18,271 nt of DNA. Origin: Trichoplax adhaerens (taxonomy: Eukaryota > Animalia > Placozoa). A program made the position numbers and the translations under genes. The notes beneath the pieces are model-generated. The model searched no databases, had not been told where the DNA came from, and saw nothing but the letters and a program-made list of their open reading frames with translations. Numbering within the stretch: the stretch's first letter is position 1; each line of letters starts with the position of its first letter. The stretch lies in NCBI RefSeq assembly GCF_000150275.1, contig NW_002060946.1:10971-29241 (forward strand), read 5' to 3'. This document shows, piece by piece, positions 8,511-18,271 of this stretch.

Positions 8511-11500
8511 ATTTAGGATTTCTATAGTTAGATTTTAATTTCACCATCTACTTCTGGTCTTGCAGTTATGAAGAAAACTGACTAATCAAAACATCATACA
8601 TTGAAGATAGAGGATGAACTTTGGCATATTTATTCTCAGGATATAGATGAATTCATTTTCGACTAAAATTTGTCTCATTAAACAGAATTTATTTTTCTAA
8701 CTTTTTACTTTCAAATATTTTCGCTGCCATGAATTAATGGACAATGAACAGAATTAGAATATTCTGTACCTAAATTAATCTCTTACTGAGATCTAAAAGA
8801 GTTTAAAATCATATATTAACCGATTTTTAACTCAAACATTTTCTTGCTTATAGAAAGTATGATCTTTACAACCGCGCTTTAGATTTACAGATCACATTAA
8901 AATACTTCGGTAAAATATTGATTAGTAAATAATTTCATAGAATTTTCTATTATTACGAAGAATAATTCTTAATTTACCAATTTTGGGTCAAATCACACCT
9001 CATAATTCAGTTAACAACAATCATGCTATAAGCACGTTCTTAAATTTCATCACACTGTTATAAATGAGCCCTGCCGAAAAGTATCTTAAATCACGATTCA
9101 ATTTATCATTTACTGTTGATACATAACAATTTTAGAAGTATAAACATAAATCTTCATTAGGTCTGAGAACAAAAATAGTATTCATAAATTATCAAAATAT
9201 ATAATACTAAATAGTTATAGTCGTTGACATTCTCATTATCATGTTATGGAATCAAATCATTTTAATTCTTACAATATTAAATCATCAAAACTACTAGCCA
9301 AGTTACAATAAATGGATGTTAAAGGCTCTAGATCGATATGAAAGAGTAAAGAATATTATAACGGTCTTATGATGACCTTCGTAGCTGAACCTAGAAATAG
9401 AGTCTATTAAATACTACGGACCTATTTTTTAACACAAACTGGGATGTAGGTGCTGCATAATTTCAACATACAGGAATTTAGGCAAAATAAAATCTTCCAA
9501 TTTACAAAATAACCTATGAAAGATATTTATAGAATATAGCTATAAATAATACGCGCAAGAAAGTTTTATTCTTAGATTGGCTTCTGCAAACATCTTATTG
9601 AAATGTAAATGATATATTTTGTTGAACACCGAATTAAACCCAGCATTTAAGTACTTATCATTCTTCATCATATATTGCTGTATCATATTGTTACCATATC
9701 ACTTACTAAAGTGGATGCAGTATGTATTTGTTTACCAATGTCATGCACATATGTTATAACAATTAATCAATAATTTAATAGCTCCAATATAGTACATCAG
9801 TAATAATACTACTCTCGATAATAAAATGTTTCAATTTTGGGCTGATGGAATTCTTTCCCTTGATTGAAGATTTTATTACGATACTGATTTCACTGTTACA
9901 GTAAATAAGATCGACCATTTCTATCCTAATTTGATTGATAATCAATATCTACTAACAACTACTGGAAAATACAAATGAAAGATGCCCATAGTCTTAAAAC
10001 TATTAGCCTGCACATATAATTGATGAGTGATTTGCAATTAAGATATACGACTATTATTATGTCATTGTGTGATACAAAATAGCAATTTTTTGTAGCAGCA
10101 TAAGCACGTACGCATTGGGAATATTTTTGTTGCGACACACTTGTATATTAGTAAATTGTCCATTGCAGCGTTCAGTAGTAATGATTTGGTTACAGTGTAA
10201 AAATTTTATGGCAAATTTTTAACTATCATTTTAAGCTTATCGGTGATTAATATTTCGGATCACATTAATCACTCTTTTAACTAATCCATTTAAATATATT
10301 TCACACGAATACAAATTCATGCCTGCTGACACAACCAATACGTATTGTTTATTGACATTAATTGTACGTATAGGCGCTGTAGTTGCACGAAATTATAGAC
10401 AGAACGTATAAAAGCGAGTAAGTTTTCATAGTAAAATGAGTTCGTCAATCAATCGTTTACGCATAAAGAGACGATCTATATTGTTTCTGTCGTGAAACTT
10501 AATAAAGAAATTTATAGTTTTGACGGAGAAGTGATCATAATAAGCTGTTTGAGATAGGAGAAGATCCAGGAATATCTCCGATTTATCTTTGTCACAATAC
10601 CTAATTACTATCCAGGCATAAACTGACGTGATTGCAGCTGGAGGTCAAAATAGTCATTTTAAATGACTTTTATTGCATTACAGAATAGAAATTTGTGAAC
10701 AAAGTGTGTTTGCAGGGATTATAAATTCGTAACATATTTACCCTAAACTGCGTAGATATTGTTAAAGGGTTAAGGCAGTTATTAAACTTTCCCTTGAAAT
10801 TTCACTCTATCATTTCTATTCTGTTCTAATTGTGTATTGAATACTTTTTGCTTATACATTAAAAATACGTTTAAGTACTAAAATCAATTTGCTTAATTGT
10901 TTATGGTAATCAAAAATTTCTAAAGCATTATCGGGGTTAATAGAGAAAAAATATTTTATTAACGGGTCAATTGAGCTGTATAAGTATTTTTGAAAATGAA
11001 GTAAATCTTTTATTTTGTGTCCGTATTATAAGCGATAGACTTATTTCTTTACTAAAATAGCACCAATACTATGTCGTATAAAATTAACACTAGTCTTTCC
11101 TCATCTGCAATAGCAATAAAGTCTTAACCTGCGTATACATAGTTTCTGTTACAACGGATAATAATCCATCTATACCAAATATAATTTACGTGGAATAATT
11201 GCACATGATTGTAAGTTTGGAAATAAGATCATTTTCGGCACCATATTATCTAGAATTGATACCGGAGATTACTTTCAGAGCCCAGCTTATAGATTTCAGA
11301 TGCTACTTTATCCATATCTGCAATCAGAATTAGTACAGGTACCTTTTTGGTGTAAATTATAATAGCCGATAAACTTAGATGAAGAAGCATTATATGTTTT
11401 CATTTGCTCAGTCTTGATTTATATTCGGTTGTTCGACATCAGAATCAAGGCAGTCATACTTTTATGCTACAAAGTTTAGAACATTACTTTCTTTTCAGTC

Positions 11501-13035
11501 TTTCTCAAATTATTTCTATCCTTGACAGGGCAATGTAACCGTTAAGCAGTCACTATTACTAGTTCCAACTTTAGATATTGAAGATAACCAATATTAGGGT
11601 ATTCTCTTCTATAATACGAATCTCTTTACATTGTAGATTCTCAAACTTAAACATTCATAAATCTAGAGTATGAAGGAATCACACCATTTCTAGTAGATTT
11701 TGAAGAATGAGCGCTAAACAGTCATACGACAACAGGATAAACAGCATTTAAATATGATCGTAACTTAAAAGCGACTTGAAGATAATATTCAAGCAAAAAG
11801 ATATAATTTTAGCTTTATGATGGAACTGAACCTTATTTGCATAAGTGGTATAATTAGAGTTATAGAAACAAATTTTCATTTATAAATATGTTGAAAATTT
11901 GATGTTGCGCAATACTCCTATTAATCATTACTCCCATGGACCAGACCTATTTTGCTCACGCTTAATTGATGTTGCCTTTTCTGGATAAATAAATATTGTA
12001 GTTGTAAACAATGCGATTCAAAAGACCAGGTAATGATAAAAACAAATTTATAAAAGTCTATATGCCTGTTTTTTATTTAAATAATATTTATTTTCTAATG
12101 GCAGTAATTTGTAATTTCTAGGTTGAAATAATGCAAACATGAGCTTAATCAGAATAGGCCTCGTAAATTAAAAAAAGGGACATCAATTTCATTTCCATAA
12201 ATGCAATACTTTTAGCAAATTGTGTCTTTTATGAATTGATCTATAAATTACGGGAACTAATTTAAGGGTTATGGAACATAATAGAATGATAATTAGTTTC
12301 TTCACAAATAATCGAATGCATATATGAGTTCGTATCTTAAGTTACATCCAAGATGATAAACTTTAACTATCTACAAAATTGCATTATTTGAAATGCTGGC
12401 ATGGAGCTGTAATGTGTAATCAATCTTTCAAGTTCCTATACGTAATTTCAATAACATAACTGTAAGTAAGTCAGATGACATTTATCGCGCATTCAATTCC
12501 TATATTTAAATGCAATTTAATCTTGAATTTGTCTAGTTTTCCCTACTTTCGCAACCAAACTCAGTCCCATTTGTGTAAAATCATTAGAATAGGCAATATA
12601 TAATCAGTTCGAACTTATTTTAAGAAAGCTAGAACAACAATAAATTGTCTGTAGATTATTATATGAAGACCTCCCATAATTATAAAGCTTCACTCATTAA
12701 CAATGACGTATGATAAATATATTTAAATTATCTTTTGAAAATTTAATTCTATGAATAAAATAACTAGTTTAATTGCTGAATAGAAAATCTTTCATCATTA
12801 ATAATTGATTTTGGTTTATGATGTTTCACTAATTGTAATCAATTGCCTACAATAACTAAGAAAATAGCAGAAAAGTCGGTCTCGCCTTCTTGTAAAACCA
12901 GCACGTCTAGATTCCCATCATTACATTTCACAGGAATACTAAAGTACATTTAGTTTAGTAAGTCGAAATTGAGTAGATCTTCGTATATTAATCTAGTTCC
13001 AGTAATTTATTCCAGCTGCCCATCAAATTTCAATC

Positions 13036-14091
13036 ATGTTCTATTCCCTACTACAGGGCAATGAACCATCTAGGATATTAGGATGGATAATAGGAATTGT
13101 TGGTTTATTGGCCAATTCTAGCCTTCTTCTGTATCATTTTAAACGCAAATTGTTTAAATCATCCAAAACTAATCATCACAAAATTATTACGTCAAAGTCA
13201 CGCTCTATCACCAAATTTTTAATTCGTCAGTTAGCCCTAGCTGACTTACTTGGTTCCCTTTACGTTATTATTATCAGTTCAGCCGATAGTTATTATGGTT
13301 ATCGTTACCCTGAAATTTATCAAATACCCAATCCTTCAAATCGGACTAATATATGGACATTAAACCCGCTCTGCCATATAGCACGATTTTGTTTTTCCAC
13401 TTCATCAGTACTCTCTATTGCCATTACACTGGTCATTGCCTATGATCGACTTGTCGCTGTCATATTCCCGCACAGTAAAGCAAGGTTAAATTTATTTAAA
13501 AGCCGGATTGTGATATCTGTTTGCTGGCTAATTTGTTGTGCTTTTGGTCTTATTCCAACAATACGAGGAATAATATCAGCTCCGTACTTTGCCCAAAGTT
13601 TTAATTGGCGCTTAAACATTTGCATGTATACTGACATCGTAAAAATCATTTTGACTATTTTCTTTAGAACTAGGGCTGCAATATACTTTGGCTGCTGTAG
13701 CTCAATTGCATTAATTTATGTTGTCATCATTGTCTATGTTAGAAATAAACGACGCAGAATAGCATCCGGAATGAATCAAATTGAACGACGTATCTTCATA
13801 GTCATGATGATCATCACAGCTGTAAATGTTTGTAGCTTGCTCCCTTCAACAATTATATATGGGATGCCTTATAATATCAGACAGCTCCCTCATGTTGTTT
13901 ACGCAACGTCTATCACAATTATGTTTACCTTTTCTAACGCTGCTATCAATCCGTTCATTTACATATTTTTATCATCCTCACGAAAGCGTTATATTGTATG
14001 CTGTGGAAATTCTTCTAAAGTAGCTGTTAAGAACATCGCTGTTAGCGAAAACAAACCTAAATCAACAGAAGTTGCGGTGTTTTCTAAGTAG
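13036..14091 (+). CDS. Intronless class A 7TM GPCR, paralog of 1650-2708 (351 aa)
   Basis: Collinear with the 1650 protein: GLLAN, QLALADLLGSLYVIIISSAD, NIWTLNPLC, IAYDRL, CW, NICMY, NVCSLLP, NAAINPFIY. A Cys-Cys pair after helix 8 is a possible palmitoylation site. Same AATCATG start context, with an in-frame TAA at 13003-13005 upstream. Confidence 0.93.
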   Translation: MFYSLLQGNEPSRILGWIIGIVGLLANSSLLLYHFKRKLFKSSKTNHHKIITSKSRSITKFLIRQLALADLLGSLYVIIISSADSYYGYRYPEIYQIPNPSNRTNIWTLNPLCHIARFCFSTSSVLSIAITLVIAYDRLVAVIFPHSKARLNLFKSRIVISVCWLICCAFGLIPTIRGIISAPYFAQSFNWRLNICMYTDIVKIILTIFFRTRAAIYFGCCSSIALIYVVIIVYVRNKRRRIASGMNQIERRIFIVMMIITAVNVCSLLPSTIIYGMPYNIRQLPHVVYATSITIMFTFSNAAINPFIYIFLSSSRKRYIVCCGNSSKVAVKNIAVSENKPKSTEVAVFSK

Positions 14092-14233
14092 CAGCCGCAG
14101 AATTGGAAGATGAAATTCCTGATATTACTAAATACTGCTATACTCGTGCAGTAGGTTTTACCTTATTCTCATTCCACTCCTTCCTATTTATTTTAACCAG
14201 CATAAAATGGACTTGAATCACCTAATTAGCAAT

Positions 14234-14239
14234 AATAAA
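14234..14239 (+). promoter_or_regulatory. Candidate polyadenylation signal of the second intact GPCR
   Basis: AATAAA 143 nt after the stop codon. Weak because of the AT-rich background. Confidence 0.3.
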
Positions 14240-15954
14240 AATTACTAAACAAATATGGTACAAAGATATTGATGAAAGCAGACCGATTGACAGTTAAACA
14301 TTTGTCAGAAACGATCAATTTATCCGTTGTATTCACTTGAAAATATCGTATTATATCTGAATTAAAATATCCAAAATGTAATTTTTTCTTTTAGATATCA
14401 ACTGAACGTACTTTAATTGATATCACATACTTCTCGATCGAATATTTAAGCTATAAGCTTATACCCTGCTAATTACTGTTCATTCCTGTGACTAAATTTT
14501 TAATTACAAATCTGTTACATTAACCTCTATTTTACTAACATTTCGCAATAAACTTAATACCATTAGAAATCAATGAATTCGACAAAATTGTGAAATTTTA
14601 ATGAAAGCAGTGTTCACACGTGTGACAGTGTTAAATACTGTATTACAGTAGAAATATCTATGTTAGGATAATTCTATTAGACTATCCTTATTTAGTTAAC
14701 TTCTAATTTGGATATACTGTGTTGTAATATAGCACTAACTTTTTATGACAGCGACATTTATTCACATACTGAAATTAATAGTTATAATAGGGAATGCAAA
14801 TCATCTACTTACAGTTCGAATCATTGTGATTGCAATTTACTTATGGTAGATTGTAAATTATCGTGGAAATGTTCCGTATAGGACATATCGTAATCTGCTT
14901 ATTCTGTATTAGTCGTTACATGTCTATGTTCGTAAATACTGTTGTCTGCATTAAGGGAGCAGTAGCTAAAATTAATATCTAATTCAGTAAATGATTCCAA
15001 TGTTAATTGTATTAACTATGACTCATGAACTATTGAGGAATAGTATATAAATGCATTATATCGTGTAATAAAGTGGATTCTCAAACTTAGTGTTTAACGT
15101 AAAATACAAGGCGTTTAAGTCTTTGTGTAGTCTGCTAGTAGAGCAAAAGTGTTTGTGATAGTGTAGCTATCGTTCCTTGATACGTGGTTCAAGGAATTGA
15201 CTTATTGATCGTACATTACGTTATCTTGTTGCAAAGCTGTTTTGTGACAACACGACAGCACAATTATGTTAAAATTAAAAGGAAAAAACACAATGGATGC
15301 GAATAGGTAGGAAGTATTTTCTGATCATATCGATTTTCTCATGCTAATGCAGCATAAATTGATAGCCATTTACCTAAGGTTACGGCAGATTTAGTTCATA
15401 GGACGGATTTAAAATAGCTAATTAATATGAAATTACTCGGAAGCGAACTATTTCGGAATACAGAAGTGTCAATCGTACAAATGCATTAATTGCTATGCAG
15501 GTACTGTAATCGATGGCAAAAAGTAGAATACTAGCTAAACTTTGTTTAACAGCATCATATACTAAGAAATGTAATTTGATTCTAATTACTAAATTTATTG
15601 TCCAGACATGCCTAAATATAAACCATAAGAATATATAAGGTTTTAGAAATAATTTTCCATTTACATTTATCACTCGTTAGTAAAATGATAGTAGGATCCA
15701 ATAAAAATGAGGAAAGATCTGCTTTACAAATGAGTAAATGAAATGAAATGCCAATTGTATTTAGACGGTAAGAAAATTTAAAGTCCTAGGCACTCTACCG
15801 ATCGGATAAGTCTTATCCTAAGACAAACAATAGCAGAAGATACAGCGTTTAAGTAGACAATGTGGATCGCAACTTGAGTCAGAAATGACCATCTGGATGT
15901 GGAATAAAAATGAAGTGATTTTGAAATGTTAATAATTGCACCACTGTTTAGGTA

Positions 15955-16669
15955 GCCGGTAAGCAATAACAGTTCCAGGTTTCCTACAAAAATAGAATGA
16001 CCAATTCTTGCCTTGAGACAACAGCCATAGATTACTAATTGCCATTTCCTGTCATTTCTATTTCAAAATACACTGCTAGAAAATTTCTAACATGATGAAC
16101 CTTTAGAATTTGAAGGGGTACAATTATGGAACACCAAATAATTAATCTTTAGATTTACTACTTTTAAATATTTTTTTGGACGAAAGAATCTTTTCTAGCT
16201 AGAACGCTAAATAGAAAATCGAATATTCAATCAAAATTCTCATTGCAATCCGTTAAGGGTACTGCTGTATCTTTTAAATACAAATATATTTCAATTGACT
16301 TCAAAACCATCACACCTACACTCCTACAGTATTTACCCGATTTCATTTACTGTATACTGAATGGTTAGAAAATCGTGGACTTTTATGATCAACATCCGTG
16401 AAGAAACCACAGGAGTAGCTAAAATATGAGCATAATATCTATCGTTAAGGTTGCAATAGTGCTTGTTATATTTGCTAGTAAAATGCAAATTTAGTGATAG
16501 CGTGGCAAAGTATCCGTGTCCGTTTTTTAATTTTGACAAAAATCAATTGCTTAAAGTTTTAAATTATAGTGTCAAGGTGATTCATATACTATAGATATAT
16601 TATAATGTAATTTGTATAGTTCCCATAAATTACTAAAGCCTTCTTTTACAATGCATCTTTAACACATTA
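15955..16669 (+). repeat. 715-bp direct repeat, copy 1 (probable unmerged contig overlap)
   Basis: Matches 16720-17434 at an offset of 765. One substitution seen (G16024 vs A16789). Ends exactly at the N gap. Confidence 0.95.
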
Positions 16670-16719
16670 NNNNNNNNNNNNNNNNNNNNNNNNNNNNNNN
16701 NNNNNNNNNNNNNNNNNNN
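16670..16719. other. Assembly gap (50 N, likely placeholder size)
   Basis: Run of exactly 50 N flanked by duplicated sequence. Confidence 0.99.
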
Positions 16720-17434
16720 GCCGGTAAGCAATAACAGTTCCAGGTTTCCTACAAAAATAGAATGACCAATTCTTGCCTTGAGACAACAACCATAGATTAC
16801 TAATTGCCATTTCCTGTCATTTCTATTTCAAAATACACTGCTAGAAAATTTCTAACATGATGAACCTTTAGAATTTGAAGGGGTACAATTATGGAACACC
16901 AAATAATTAATCTTTAGATTTACTACTTTTAAATATTTTTTTGGACGAAAGAATCTTTTCTAGCTAGAACGCTAAATAGAAAATCGAATATTCAATCAAA
17001 ATTCTCATTGCAATCCGTTAAGGGTACTGCTGTATCTTTTAAATACAAATATATTTCAATTGACTTCAAAACCATCACACCTACACTCCTACAGTATTTA
17101 CCCGATTTCATTTACTGTATACTGAATGGTTAGAAAATCGTGGACTTTTATGATCAACATCCGTGAAGAAACCACAGGAGTAGCTAAAATATGAGCATAA
17201 TATCTATCGTTAAGGTTGCAATAGTGCTTGTTATATTTGCTAGTAAAATGCAAATTTAGTGATAGCGTGGCAAAGTATCCGTGTCCGTTTTTTAATTTTG
17301 ACAAAAATCAATTGCTTAAAGTTTTAAATTATAGTGTCAAGGTGATTCATATACTATAGATATATTATAATGTAATTTGTATAGTTCCCATAAATTACTA
17401 AAGCCTTCTTTTACAATGCATCTTTAACACATTA
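16720..17434 (+). repeat. 715-bp direct repeat, copy 2
   Basis: Starts exactly at the end of the 50-N gap. It explains the identical 68-aa ORFs at 16333-16539 and 17098-17304. Confidence 0.95.
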
Positions 17435-18271
17435 ACCTCAACATAGTTTTCATCAGATAGTTTAACCCTAATATTGCGATACTCATTTATCCGTTCTTGT
17501 GCATATTCAAGTATCATGATGCTCACATACAGTAAATAATCGATATTTATCTACCCAAAGTATATTTTAGTCAATACTTCACTTAGTTCGAATTTGAAAA
17601 TTTTAATCTAGTGAAAACGCGTGTTGCTAAGGATTTTTGACGTTAGAACGTCGTCAAGAGTTTTTGAATAGCGCTGTAGGCAAATGGTAAGGAGAGTAAG
17701 CCAAGGAATAGGCTCGAAATTTTAGATTTTGGTTGCAAAATTTAGATTGTAATGTCTTCTAATTTTCTGTAAATCAATCATCGTAATGCAAAACTTAATC
17801 AACAAACTGAAGCAGTTTAACTTTTATAAGTTTATAATATCTAAAGCATATAATGTTATCTTTCGAAAGAGGTTTTAATCGGTTACGGTATCAACGGTAC
17901 AATCTATACTAGTTTTGCAGTACGGTATAATAGCTACAATATCTGTATTTAGTACACTTGGTATTAACCATTAAATAGCTATTGCTTTAATCAAATAGAG
18001 ATTAAATGTTCATTTTTTTCAGGTTTAAATCAGTTCAAGCTTACAAATTGTCCGGTACCACAATAATTTGTTATTATATGTGAGTTCAAGTACTTTTACG
18101 ACTATACAGTATACGGATTGCCCTAATCGTTTATTTTGAATTTTTTACTTAATTAATGATAACATTTTCGACGCAAGAAACTTTTTAAATATTGATAAGA
18201 CTAGACGATTTGCTTTGTGCGTATCTATAACAAACTCAAAGATAGGAACTAACATGTGTAGTAAAGGACAG

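Noticed and set aside
10260-10305. TNPFKYI resembling a TM7 NPxxY motif
   Set aside because: No convincing ordered upstream TM motifs.
11165-11362. About 65-codon stop-free stretch on +, with a good minus-strand acceptor nearby
   Set aside because: No recognisable domain and no neighbouring exons that can be joined.
13440-14023. Antisense and alternative-frame ORFs inside the second intact GPCR
   Set aside because: Overlap artefacts of the real CDS.
14614-14670. Short palindromes (TCACACGTGTGA, TACTGTA..TACAGTA)
   Set aside because: Short inverted repeats are expected by chance; there is no terminal inverted repeat or target-site duplication structure.
15422-16539. Three short minus-strand ORFs with plausible splice sites (acceptor near 15984, donor near 16336)
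   Set aside because: Could not be assembled into a coherent protein, two start at TTG and one at GTG, and there are no family motifs.

Overview
AT-rich draft-assembly eukaryotic DNA with two N gaps. It is most likely an early-branching animal such as the placozoan Trichoplax; this is an inference from composition and gene family, not shown by the sequence. The window holds a same-strand tandem cluster of single-exon class A (rhodopsin-like) GPCRs: two intact genes (1650-2708 and 13036-14091), one clear frameshifted pseudogene (about 6250-7214), and a possible older pseudogene spanning the first gap (about 7486-8510). Their 7TM cores resemble LGR/RXFP/GRL101 receptors, but the N-termini are only about 12 aa. 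They lack the LRR ectodomain and the hinge CED motif, and instead carry an enlarged ECL1 with an N-glycosylation sequon and a long basic ICL1. The cluster looks like a birth-and-death family of ectodomain-less LGR-derived receptors, possibly chemosensory. A 715-bp direct duplication flanking a 50-N gap is probably an assembly artefact. No RNA genes, CRISPR arrays or recognisable transposons were found.
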